DNA of 42,688 nt, taken from the NCBI RefSeq assembly GCF_006345805.1, contig NW_021835093.1:1-42688 (forward strand), given 5' to 3'. The translations under genes and the position numbers were made by a program. Under the pieces are notes generated by a model, which had not been told where the DNA came from, did not search any database, and saw only the letters and a list, made by a program, of their open reading frames with translations. The DNA is from Octopus sinensis. Its lineage: Eukaryota. Positions 11,392 through 25,146 of this stretch are shown here, one piece after another. Position 1 is the stretch's first letter, and every line of letters begins with the position of its first letter.

Positions 11392-11530
11392 CTTTCTGTG
11401 GAAGAGCGTAGGCTCGAAACGTTAAATACTTTTTCACTTCTCGAGCGTTATACTAATACATCCGTTTGTTGTCTACACCACCTGACTTCGTCTTTTGTTT
11501 TTTGTTTTTTTTTTGTAAATTCTCCCTATA
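11392..11530 (+). mobile_element. Penelope-like pseudo-LTR fragment with hammerhead-like motif, copy A
   Basis: TTT-CTGTGGA-A-GAGC-GTAG-GCTC-GAAAC-GTT-AAA; homologous over ~130 bp to the reverse complement of 39097-39225. Confidence 0.5.
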
Positions 11531-11554
11531 TATGTGTGTGTGTGTGTGTGTGGA

Positions 11555-11806
11555 GACATATGGCATAGTGGTTAGAGCAGCGGATTCGCGGTCGAGAGAT
11601 CGCGGGTTCGAATCTCAGACCGGGTGGTGTGTGTGTTTATGAGCGATACACCTAAGCTCCAAGCGGCTCTAGCAGAAGGTAATGGCGAACTTCTGCTGAC
11701 TCTTTCGCCAAAACTTCCGTCTCACTCTTTCCTCCTGCATCTTGCAGCTCACCTGCGACGGACCGGCGTCCCGTCCAGGTGGGGAACCTATACGCCAAGG
11801 AACCGA
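11555..11806 (+). mobile_element. tRNA-derived SINE (V-domain-like), B-related subfamily
   Basis: TGGCATAGTGGTTAGAGC (A-box), GGGTTCGAATCTC (B-box), CCTGCGACGGACCGGCGTCCCGTCCAGG core, (TA)n tail. Confidence 0.8.
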
Positions 11807-11807
<1 letters not shown>

Positions 11808-11859
<52 letters not shown>

Positions 11860-11890
11860 TATATTATGTATACATATATATATATGTATG

Positions 11891-11921
<31 letters not shown>

Positions 11922-11967
11922 TATATATATATATACGCACATATGTGTGTATGTGTATTTGTATATT

Positions 11968-12036
<69 letters not shown>

Positions 12037-12298
12037 ATATATATGTATGTATATATCTATATATATATATACACACATATGTGTGTATGTGTCTTTGTTT
12101 ATGTATATATATATATATGTGTGTATATTTATATATATATACACACATAAAGATATACATTATATATATATGTATATATATACATATGTATATGTACATA
12201 TATATACATGTGTGTGTTTGTATATATGTCTATGTGTATATATATATATGTCTATGTGTATATATATATATGTCTATGTGTATATATGTGTATGTATG
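11808..12298. repeat. Compound (TA)n/(TG)n microsatellite
   Basis: Directly visible. Confidence 0.9.
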
Positions 12299-12903
12299 AA
12301 TAAATGGTTCCATAAAGTATAAATAACCATTATAGATATTGATGATCTTTCGAGTCTTTTGGTGTTATTCTTTTCTTCTCTAATTTAGTTTCAAAAACTA
12401 AGCCTGACTCTAAAAATAGATGAAGTGGAAAATGTTAATGTCAATGCTGGTGAAATGTGGAAGTACAAGAGATTGTATTGGTGGTGGCGGTGGCGGCGAT
12501 GGTGGTGGCGGCGGCGGCGGCGGTGGCGGTTGTAGTAGTGACGCTATAGTAATGGTGCCATAGTAGTAGTGCTTGCGGTGGATGTGGCGTAGGTGTTGCA
12601 GTTGTGGTTTTAGTGTGGTAAATGGTGGTGATGTTGTTGTTGTTGGTGGTGGTGGTGGTGGCGGTGCTGGAGGTGGTGTTGGTGTGGTGGTGGTGGTGTT
12701 CAAATGTTATATTTTCCTTTATTGTATTTTATAATCTGCCACAGGAGAGGGGGGAAGTGGGGGGCCTGGACATCTGTCATACAATATGTATAAAGAAACG
12801 TACATTAGCACATGTGTGTGTGTGTGGGGGGGTGTATGTATTTGCGTGTATATATTTATATACATATATATCTATGTATATGTATATATATATATATATT
12901 GTT

Positions 12904-12955
<52 letters not shown>

Positions 12956-12959
12956 CATA

Positions 12960-12995
12960 TTCTTTTACTTGTTTCAGTCATTAGATTGCGGCCAT
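12960..12995 (-). mobile_element. SINE family C, 3' terminus only
   Basis: Reverse complement ATGGCCGCAATCTAATGACTGAAACAAGTAAAAGA equals the family C 3' end. Confidence 0.65.
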
Positions 12996-12997
12996 AT

Positions 12998-13078
<81 letters not shown>

Positions 13079-13221
13079 CAGATACATACATGCATACATA
13101 GTGCCTATATGCATATAGTTACAAAGATGTATGGAAAACATATATATGTGTATCCGTGTATATATACGAAAATTAAGTGATATATATATATATTCACAAG
13201 TAAACGAAAACAAAACAGATA

Positions 13222-13250
13222 CAACAATAACAGTAATAATAATAATGATG

Positions 13251-13296
<46 letters not shown>

Positions 13297-13670
13297 CAAC
13301 AATAATAACAACAATAATAATGATAATGATAATATTAATGATAATAATAATAATAATAATAATAACAACAATAATAATAATTATAACAGTAATAATAATA
13401 ATAATAACAATAATAATAACAATAATAATAATAATAATAATAACAATAACAATAATAATAACAACAATTATAATAACAATAATAATAACAATAATAATAA
13501 TAATAATAATAATAACAATAATAATAATACGAAGAAGAAGAAGAATAGTAGTAATAATAATAGTAGTAGTAGTAATAGTAGTAGTAGTAGTAGTAATAAT
13601 AATAATAATAATAATATAATAATAATAATAATAACAATAATAATAATAATAATAATAATAGCGATGATAA
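13222..13670 (+). repeat. Long degenerate (TAA)n/(CAA)/(TAG) array without inserted elements
   Basis: Directly visible. Confidence 0.95.
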
Positions 13671-13805
13671 TTCTAAATAATTCTAAATAATTGTCGAGTA
13701 GCAAATGTTTCCCTGGTGTCTACTTGAGTCTTATCTTGAACTCTACAGATTGTAATCAATATTCATATATTTTATATGCAACGCCGAACGCACGCACGCA
13801 CGCAC

Positions 13806-13836
<31 letters not shown>

Positions 13837-13886
13837 AAAAGGTATGCAAAGATAAGACACATGTATCGTACAGGAACGTTTGTAAG

Positions 13887-13969
<83 letters not shown>

Positions 13970-14374
13970 GTGTGTGGTGTGTGTGTGTGTATTTATATAT
14001 ATGTATATGTGCGCGTTTGTGCGTGTGTGTGTGTGTAGTTGTGTGTGTAGTTGTGTGTGCATGTATGTAGTGTGTTTGTATACATGTGTATAAATATTTG
14101 TATGTAATGTTCATGTACTTCTACATATGTGTGTCTGTGTATGTATATTATATGTGTGTGTGTGTGCTTGTGTGTGTGTGCTTGTGTTGTATGTGTATTG
14201 TTGAGAGAAACGGAAAGGGAGATACAAACATGCATAAACACACGCACATAAGTATATATATATAATATATATATTACACACACACACACATATAATATAT
14301 ATATAATATATATATATATATAGATACATATATATAAATAATAACATATATATATGTACATATATATATATACA

Positions 14375-14427
<53 letters not shown>

Positions 14428-14810
14428 GTACCCGTACATGCATGTATAGATATGCATAGCAAAACAGACGGATAGACTGGCAGACAAACAATGCCGAGCA
14501 ATCAATATGGCGGTAGTGTTGCGAGGTTTTTAACGAGCTTTGTATTTTATCTTTTGACATCTAATAAAAATACACAAATAGCTGAGGAGGTTTAAAACGT
14601 GATCTACAAAATTGTCTCTTCTGAATGGCAGGAATTGGAGACGGAAATTTTCATGAGGAATTTAAATTTACCTGAAGTGCTAAATATATAATTTCGAAGC
14701 TTCAAAAGATAACAGACATAAAATTTCTGTTTTTTTAAATTGCATAAACATACATTTCGTTTTTGGATTTGGTTTGCAAGATTCTTTATATGAGTTCGTC
14801 TGTTGAAGCA

Positions 14811-15079
14811 TATTCTGTTGTGTCTGGGGAGAGTCATTTTCTTTTTTGTGCCTTATAATGTAACACACTCACCGGTAAAATTTCCACTTATTTCTTATGA
14901 AACAAACAAAAGGGAACGCAGTGTAAATAACGGACAGAGTCAAGATTATTGAAAAGGCTGCAAGAAGCAACGAAAATTTTAGGAAAATAAAAATAAGAAA
15001 TAAGTGGAAATTTTACCGGTGAGTGTGTTACATTATAAGGCACAAAAAGAAAATTACTCTCCCCAGACACAACACAATA
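14811..15079. mobile_element. Foldback/MITE-like inverted repeat
   Basis: Arms 14811-14898 and 14993-15079 are near-perfect reverse complements around a 94-bp spacer. Confidence 0.75.
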
Positions 15080-15245
15080 AACATACATAATTATCGTAAA
15101 TGCGTTTATGAATGTATATATTATATACTGTTGGAAGTTCTTTTCATAGTTTCTAATCTATGTACTTAAGTATGTAATAAATTTATGAGTGTGTTCAATG
15201 TACCCTTGACAACCGTTGTTGGTGTGTTTATGTCCCTGTAAAATA

Positions 15246-15361
15246 GGTGCAGGAGTGGTTGTGTGGTAAGTAGCCTGCTTACCAACCATATGGTTTTGGG
15301 TTCAATCCCACTGCGTGGCACCTTGTCTTCTGCTATAGCTTCGGGCCGACCAAAACTATAC

Positions 15362-15400
<39 letters not shown>

Positions 15401-15670
15401 TGCGTGTGTGTGTGTGTGTGTGGTGTGTGTGCGTGTGTGTGTATGTGTGTGTGTGTGTGTGTGCGTGTACCTTTTTCTCTGTGTTTGTCCCTCACTACCA
15501 CTTGGCAACCTTTGTTGGTGTGTTTATGTCCGAGTAACTTTGCAGTTCGGCAAAACAGACCAATAGAATAAGTATTTTGCTGTAAAAAAATAATTCATTC
15601 GACTAAAAATTCTTCAAGGCGGTGCTCCAGCATGGCCGCAGTCTAATGATTGAAGCAACTAAAAGATGAA
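15246..15670 (+). mobile_element. tRNA-derived SINE family C with expanded internal (TG)n
   Basis: GGTGCAGGAGTGGTTGTGTGGTAAG (A-box), GGGTTCAATCCC (B-box), internal (TG)n and 3' end GGCGGTGCTCCAGCATGGCCGCAGTC; colinear with 36198-36553. Confidence 0.85.
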
Positions 15671-15929
15671 AATTATCTGACGATAAGAGGGCTCTGCATT
15701 TTCTTGCTGAAAAACCCGCGCAAATGATTTGTTTGTCGGGATCAAATGTTTGTGGTGCACATTATTGCTGACTCCCTCCATCAAATCGACATTGCATGAA
15801 CAGGGTCACAGTGTGCCATGCGGCAGGTGTCGAAGGGATCACAGAGATGAAGTGTTTTGCGCGAACTACTCCGCACCATCCCGGCCAAGAATGGGAACCA
15901 CGATCGCTCTAGTACACCTTCACCGCTAT

Positions 15930-16287
<358 letters not shown>

Positions 16288-16799
16288 CACACTACCTAAA
16301 TACCAATCTTCAGAAATTAGGTTTCTCGAAACCAGAAAGGAGAAATCTTATTCGAAGACTACAGATCCAGTCCATCACTGGAACTGTAAAAGTCTGTAAA
16401 ACATTCTAGAAGTTTATCATTTAAATATAGATGAACATGTCTAGACATGCAACTGTATGCATGAGAATACATATATAAGACATACAAATCCTAACCCTAA
16501 CCCTTGTAGCTGGTGCCTCCTCTGAGTAACAGATTGAGGAATCTATTGTAGTTACGTAGGACAGCTTCTTTCTAAGTTGGTTCTCCAACTGAATAAACGA
16601 CCGAGGAGGAAGAACAGCAAAACCTCCAAAAAAATGTACTGGGTCCCTGATGACAAGCCAGACCTTAAAATATGCTATGGAAATTCTCCGACAGTTTCTA
16701 TGACAGATCTACTAAATATGCTTCAAATAACCTCTTCCGTAGCTATATAATATGGATATTATACTTTGACACACGCAAAGAGGTTTCTGTCTTAGGTTA

Positions 16800-17520
16800 T
16801 TTACCTCATAAGATTTAAGAAACAGAGAGAAAACATGAAATAATTCGTTTATAACAGTGGAGCTCGAAGAAGATAAAGCTATAAATAATAGCGCATATAA
16901 TTGGATTTAAAAACACTTTGAAAAGAAAAAGTTGGACTCTGTCCGATGGACTCAAACCCAGATCATCGGTGAACATGACTGACATTCTACCATTAGACTA
17001 AAGCAATTCTTTGAATTTCTCTAAACTTTTCAGGAACTTTATTCTTACTGATGAGAACTGCATGTCGTTGACGTCATAAAAATTTAGAAACTTCGAGAGA
17101 ATGGAAAATAATTCGTTTTTAACGATTGAGCTTGAATTATATAAATCTATAAATAGCGGCGTGTAAATATCGGGTTAAAAAACCCTCTGGATTGAAAAGT
17201 CGAAGATTGCCTGTGAGATTTGAACTTACACCTACTGTAAACACAGCAGACGTTCTACTTATGGACCAAACCAATCCTTCGAATTCCTCCCTTTCATTGT
17301 AGAAACTTTGTTCTTGCCAGCGAGAAAGTATGCTGTTTGTATCATAAGAATTTTGAAACATCGAGCGAACGAGAAATAATCTGTTTTTAGCGATAAGACT
17401 ATATTTATAGCTTTAGTAGATAACCTTATAAATAATAGTAAATGTCGGGTTTGAAAATCCCTTTGAATAGCAAAAGTCGAAGGCTGCCCTTGTAACTCGA
17501 ACACACATCATCGGTAAACA
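16800..17520 (-). repeat. Diverged tandem array, 268-bp unit (~2.7 copies), each with a tRNA-like segment
   Basis: TCATAA anchors at 16806, 17074 and 17342. The units align throughout, with minus-strand A-box/B-box-like segments near 16936-17004 and 17200-17275. Confidence 0.75.
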
Positions 17521-17829
17521 TATATTTTCCCTTTGAACAGAACATCAGAAGCGTCCTACCCCAAGTTTCACATTTACTTGGATTTTTTTTTTCCAGAGAC
17601 CATCTCCGCTGCCTTCTGACTGCAGAGGAATTGGACCTTCATGGGTTCCAAAGACCAACTGAATATGGTGGTTGCACCAGCGAATGGAGATTCTCCTTCT
17701 TTACTCATTAAATCGCTTGATTTACAGGCGACGTCTTTGTATTTCTAAAGGAGACTTCGCTCGTATATGAAACGATACCAGTTATATAATGGTGTGTATG
17801 GTTTTCATGAAACGCAACAACCTCTTTCC

Positions 17830-18240
17830 ACACACACACACACACATACACCACCCTCTCTCTCTCTTCCTCTCTCTCTTCCTATCTGTCCCTATCTCTC
17901 CCTCCTCTCCTTTCTCTTTCCCTCTTCTTCTCTCTCTCCCTCTCTCTCACTCCTTCTCTATCCATCTCTATCCCTCCTTCTCTCCCCCTCTCTATCTCTC
18001 CTCTCTCCCTCCCTCTCCTCTCTCTCTCACTCTCTCTCTCACACTCTCTTTCTCACACACTCTCTCTCCCTCCCATTATACCTCTCCTCTCTCTCTCCTC
18101 ATTCTCCTCCTTCACTCTCTCTCCCTACCTTTCTCTTCTTCCCTCTCTCCCTATCTACATCTCCTCTCCTCCCTCTCTCCTTCCCTCTCTCCCCCCTTCT
18201 CTCCCTCCTCCTCTCCCCTCTCTTTTTCTCTCTCTCTTGC
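17830..18240 (+). repeat. (CT)-rich polypyrimidine tract
   Basis: Directly visible. Confidence 0.9.
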
Positions 18241-18470
18241 CACCGTTGTCAGACATTGCATTCATGTCTATCGGATGGAATGGAGAGTGAGGGGCGTTCA
18301 TCATTTCCCAGATTACTATGTTCCAAATAAATTCTTCTACCACTGCTGCTGCTGCTACTGTTGTTACCACCACGACTACTACTACTAATACTATTCTTAC
18401 TTCTAATCCTACTCCTCCTCCTCCAACTACTACTACCAATATTGTTATATCATCACCACTACTACTACTT

Positions 18471-18513
<43 letters not shown>

Positions 18514-18888
18514 CATCAACATTGAAGGTTAACTGAGTGCAGTTTAAATCTGGATCGCCAAACAACAGAACCATCAACAATAACAACAACAACAACAGCA
18601 GCAAGAACAACAACAATGTGCATATATAAGAAATCCAGGATATAAGAAAATCGATTTTGGTTGTGTCGGGTTAATATCCCAGAAAAAGATCAATAAAGGA
18701 AGAAGGCCAAACAATGCGATTTGGTGGGTTAAGAAGATTCTTTAATCAGGGTGGTGGGCATGGTTAGGTTGGTATCGGTGAATTATTGAGAAACGTATTG
18801 TAGACCAGCCGAGTTTATACTGGATGGATTACGTACAGACACTATTTTACATTTCATACACAGGGAAAACAACAAAAGCAACAACACC

Positions 18889-18952
<64 letters not shown>

Positions 18953-19160
18953 GTTCTTTCTGCTATAGGCACAAGGCGTGAGATTTGGGGGAGGGAGTTA
19001 AATTGATTACATCGACCCCAGTACTCAACTGGTACTTAATTTATCAGCCCCAAAAGGATGAAAGACGAAGTCATCCTCAGCGGAATTTGAACTCAGAACG
19101 TAAAAGGCTAGAAAAAATGCCGCAAATCATTTTTACCGGGGCTCAAACGATTCTACTAGC
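18953..19160 (-). mobile_element. SINE family A with (ATT)n tail
   Basis: Family A core on the minus strand; its 3' end CCTTGTGCCTATAGCAGAAAGAAC runs into the (TAA)n array at 18890-18951. Confidence 0.85.
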
Positions 19161-19177
19161 AATAATAATAATAATAA

Positions 19178-19392
19178 TCTTTTCTACAATAGGCACAAGG
19201 CCTGAAATTGTGAGGAAGGGGGCTAGTTGATTAGATTGATCCCAGTGCGTAACTGGTACTTAATTTTTCGACCTCGAAAGGATGAAAGGCAAAGTCGACC
19301 ACGGCGGAATTTGAACTCAGAACGTAGCGACGGGCGAAATATCGCTAAGTATTTCGTCCAACGTACTAACTATTCTGCCAGCTCGCCACCTT
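19178..19392 (-). mobile_element. SINE family A, full length, with (ATT)n tail
   Basis: Reverse complement begins AAGGTGGCGAGCTGGCAGAATAGTTAG, includes the B-box GAGTTCAAATTCC and the core, and is flanked by TAA runs. Confidence 0.9.
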
Positions 19393-19416
19393 AGCAAAAT
19401 AATAATAATAATAATA

Positions 19417-19481
<65 letters not shown>

Positions 19482-19483
<2 letters not shown>

Positions 19484-20007
19484 CATGGCTTCTGATCTTA
19501 ACTGATTGGAAGTGTTATCATGTACATTGTTTTGTCTTGGTATAAAAGATGGCTACAGCAAATATTCTGCTCAATACCACAGATTTGCTTGTCAGTTGTT
19601 TGACCTTAACCAGTTGAGCATGTCCCTTAGTGGCTGACGATATGTGCATCTCTGATCACGAGCAGAAGTAGTGGGGGAGCATCATAGCCATGTGTTGAGA
19701 GGGATTCTTTGGGGTTTGAATAGTTCACCTCTGGAAACATGGGTGGTTCTTTCAACATCCTTAAACAACCCTTATTCAGGGACCGTTTGAGCGGGATGGG
19801 CTACTCAACCTGAAGAAAATTCTAACTGGGCCCCACCTGCAAGGTCATGTGCTGTTTATCTTGATATGAGATCACCATGTCGCGCACATATGGTTGTGAT
19901 GCATGTGCCTGGTGTACCTTTATCAGACGGGTAGTCATGATGGGTATATTGGGCTTCGTATATTTTACCCCAGTGTCACTTTGATGGCATGAACTGCTCT
20001 CTCACTC
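19482..20007 (+). mobile_element. Non-coding TAA-flanked retroposon family D, longest copy (526 bp)
   Basis: Shares its 3' end (..CTGCTCTCTCACTC then AATAAT) with 23354-23762 and 31749-31845; the 5' ends differ and each copy has TAA repeats on both sides. Confidence 0.8.
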
Positions 20008-20043
<36 letters not shown>

Positions 20044-20046
20044 TAA

Positions 20047-20678
20047 TTCTTTTATTGGCCACAAGGGCTGACAAAAATTAATTATAACATAAAGGGACGA
20101 AACACAGGACGAAAGTTACAAAAGGTTTTTGTCCGTTTGTAAAAAACCGTGTAAAAACAGTGTAACAAGGAAAAATTATAACAACGAAAAACTCCCAATT
20201 GGGGGAGGCGTTATGAAAGGTTCCTGGTGGAAAAACCCATAAAAGCCACGGGAGCCTCGTCAAAAAGGGGATAGAGATCCCCTTTCTCCTTTTGTAATAC
20301 CTTTTTCTCACAGGTGTATCATCAGAATGGCTCTTTCATACTGGCCATTCTTGCGACATTTATCCACCTTTCAGTAAACTTGCTATCGGACAGCACTTCC
20401 CTCTCTACTCTCATCTTCCTTTTCAAGTGAAACTTGAAAAAGTTGATGAGGCCTAGGCCAAAGGGGAAAGTGTCTGACCTTAGCCCTTTCAAACGGGTCC
20501 ACCATACCACCTCTTTCGCTACAGCCACTAGGCAAAGGAAAACTGCCTTGCCCTCCCGGTTAAAGGAGGTCGGCGGGGCAATCTTCACTATGAATTCAGC
20601 TGATAGCCGGATCCGTCCTACACGCGACAGTAGCTGTTCGACATAAAACCATAGTTCAGCAATACTCGGTCACTGGAC
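20047..20678 (-). mobile_element. L1/Tx1-like LINE 3' fragment (end of CCHC region, C-terminus, 3'UTR, AATAAA)
   Basis: Minus strand reads Q*PSIAELWFYVEQLLSRVGRIRLSAEFIVKIAPP..FLCLVAVAKEVVWWTRLKGL..ERWINVARM and is homologous to 32160-32870. AATAAA at 20050-20055 is followed by (ATT)n. Confidence 0.65.
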
Positions 20679-20688
20679 AATAATAATA

Positions 20689-20747
<59 letters not shown>

Positions 20748-21330
20748 GTACTCAGAGAGAGCGCAAACCTCCGCCAAGGCAACACCAACATCCTCTCACC
20801 GATTAGCCAAAGATGATCCTTAAAACGAGAATATCTGAAATAAACTCGACTGCTCTCACAAACAATAATACTAAAAATGAACCCGACTGCTCTCAAAAAC
20901 TAAGTTAAAAAAAGCGGAAAAATTATCCAGAATCCTTGACCGGTACCTGATCGAACCCCAACGGTAGTCATAGAATGTGAAAATGGCTGTAGAAAATTTA
21001 GTAATAGAAGTAAATAGTTTATCCTTATCTAATACAAGCCAAAGTTAACAAATTCACCATTCAAAATAGTTACAACCTAAAGGGAGATAAATGAGAAAGA
21101 CTTAAAAGTTAACATAAGATTGTAATCATGTAAAGTAAATATAACAAATAATCCAGAATCCTTGTCTGGTACCGGATCGATCCCAAAATCTAATCAGTTC
21201 ATGCCAGTCACGAGGCCAAACATCCCTGAAAGTTTCATCTGAATCCATTCCGCGGTTCTTGAGATATCCTGTCCACGGACAAACTAACAAACGCGACTGA
21301 AATCAATACCTCTACCTTCGCTAAGGCGAA

Positions 21331-21334
<4 letters not shown>
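20748..21334 (-). mobile_element. Helentron-associated non-autonomous element (HINE/DINE-1-like)
   Basis: Terminal hairpin TACCTTCGC-TAAG-GCGAAGGTA (21313-21334), subterminal inverted repeat ACCTCCGCCAAGG (20767-20779), small stem-loop near 20748-20765, inserted in a TAA array with no obvious TSD. Confidence 0.65.
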
Positions 21335-23288
<1,954 letters not shown>

Positions 23289-23353
23289 TTAATAATAATA
23301 ATAATAATAATAATAATGATAATAATAATAATAATTACAATAATAATAATAAT

Positions 23354-23762
23354 GTCAGTTGTTTGACCATAACCAGTTGAGCATGTCCCTTGGTGGCTTC
23401 CGATATGTGCATCTCTGATCACGAGCAGAAGTAGTGGGGGAGCATCATAGCCATGTGTTGAGAAGGATTCTTTGGGGTTTGAATAATTCCCCTCTGTAAA
23501 CACGGGTGTTTGGTTCAACATCCTTAAACAACCCTTATTCTGGGACCTTTTGAGCGGGATCGGTTACTCGACCAGAAGAAAATTCTCACTGGGCCCCACT
23601 TGCAAGGTCATGTGCTGTTTATCTTGATATGAGACCACTGTGTCGCGCACATATGGTTGTGATGCATGTGCCTGGTGTACCCTTATCAGACGGGTAGTCA
23701 CGATGGGTATACTGGGTTTCGTATATTTTACCCCAATGGTGGAATGCACTGCTCTCTCACTC
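23354..23762 (+). mobile_element. Family D copy 2 (5'-truncated, 409 bp)
   Basis: Colinear with about 19591-20007; flanked by TAA repeats. Confidence 0.8.
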
Positions 23763-23840
<78 letters not shown>

Positions 23841-23855
23841 GTAATGATAATAATA

Positions 23856-24053
23856 ATCTCAAGTTTTAAAACAAACATACTTTTCGTTTTTTTCCTTTCT
23901 TTTTTTTGACATTCACTAGTACAACACTAAATACAAAACCAAATATATGGCACACTAGGCATAACACTATCACGAACTTCCAACCTGTTGTCTCTTGAGG
24001 TCTCTGGGTGAGACTTGGAGCCAACTTGTACAAATATAAAGCAAAAGTCAAAC

Positions 24054-24056
<3 letters not shown>
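23856..24056 (+). mobile_element. R4/Dong-like copy 2 (3'UTR only)
   Basis: Begins immediately after the stop-codon position and contains GTCTCTGGGTGAGACTTGGAGCCAACTTGTAC..GCAAAAGTCAAACATA followed by TAA repeats. Confidence 0.85.
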
Positions 24057-24109
<53 letters not shown>

Positions 24110-24127
24110 TAATAATAATAATAATAA

Positions 24128-24402
24128 TACACAAATACTAGACACACTCTATACTGCATTTACCCAGTGAAATAAACTCCCACCAGCAAACAGAAAACCA
24201 AAGCATTGCACACTCAACTCACAATACAAGCAGTAACAGAACAAAAGACAGCACCACACCTCAAGGATAGAAAACTAACACAATACACTACCGGGAAGTG
24301 TTCACTCCCAACAACAGAAAAGAACACAACCAGAAACACGGACGTGTAGCAGATGATGCAGTAGAAATTTGCCTCAATCCACCAAATATTAAACACTTGT
24401 AT
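24128..24402. other. Unclassified ~275-bp A/C-rich insert between two TAA arrays
   Basis: Unique sequence bounded on both sides by (TAA)n, like the neighbouring insertions; no homolog seen in the window. Confidence 0.35.
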
Positions 24403-24406
24403 GATG

Positions 24407-24439
<33 letters not shown>

Positions 24440-25146
24440 TAATTTGTAATAATAATTTGTAATAATAATAATAATAGTAATTTGAATTACCCTCAAAATA
24501 AGTAAAAAAAAACAAAAAAACTTACATATCTACAGCTCATACAAACGTACACCTAACAAGAAAAATTAGAAACATACATATCTCCAATTCTGTGTGAACA
24601 TTTACATTTAGTCGTCTCTCATGACTATAAGAATGTGTAAAATTGCCTTTTAAATTACCTTTTATTGTAACAACACAATTAAATGCACGATAAAAAGTTA
24701 TGGAATTAAGCACCTACTACTACATACATACAACTGAATTCAGAAATTTAAAAATATATACATAACATTGAACTCAGAAAGTTATTTAAAAAAAAAAAGA
24801 AAAAAAAAATCTTCGACGAAAACATCAGATAATATGTGTGATTGAATATACATATACATACATATACATATGCATGTGGTGAAGAAGAAAAGAGAACGAA
24901 AATAAATAAATAAATAACTAAATAAACGTAAACAGGTTTGACCTTTTACTGACCATTAACGTCCTTTGTCTCCACCATCTACCGTGGCTATTTATAGACC
25001 CAAAGAACATGAATTCTTTAACCACCCATTCTCCAACACAATGGAGTGTTGATGGTGGCTGTGGCTACACATTGAAGATGATGATGGTGATGGTGATGTT
25101 ACTGATGATGGTGATGGTGGTGAAGATGATAGTAATAACAATAATA

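Noticed and set aside
11555-11625. SINE heads as genuine tRNA genes (also 4320-4385, 36198-36270)
   Set aside because: A/B boxes are present but there is no complete acceptor stem, and the heads continue into SINE bodies.
16492-16506. CCTAACCCTAACCCT telomere-like repeat
   Set aside because: Only about 2.5 units; expected by chance.
17594-17720. Possible plus-strand exon after TTTTTTTTTCCAG
   Set aside because: All frames stop within about 40 codons with no recognisable motif; cannot be supported without RNA data.
18240-18640. Low-complexity T/N/P-rich frames
   Set aside because: Interrupted by stops in every frame and no convincing splice sites.
20670-20676. In-frame TGA at the last CCHC Cys of the Tx1-like fragment (minus strand, ~20670-20672) as selenocysteine recoding
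   Set aside because: The homologous copy has TGT there; most simply a nonsense substitution in a dead copy.
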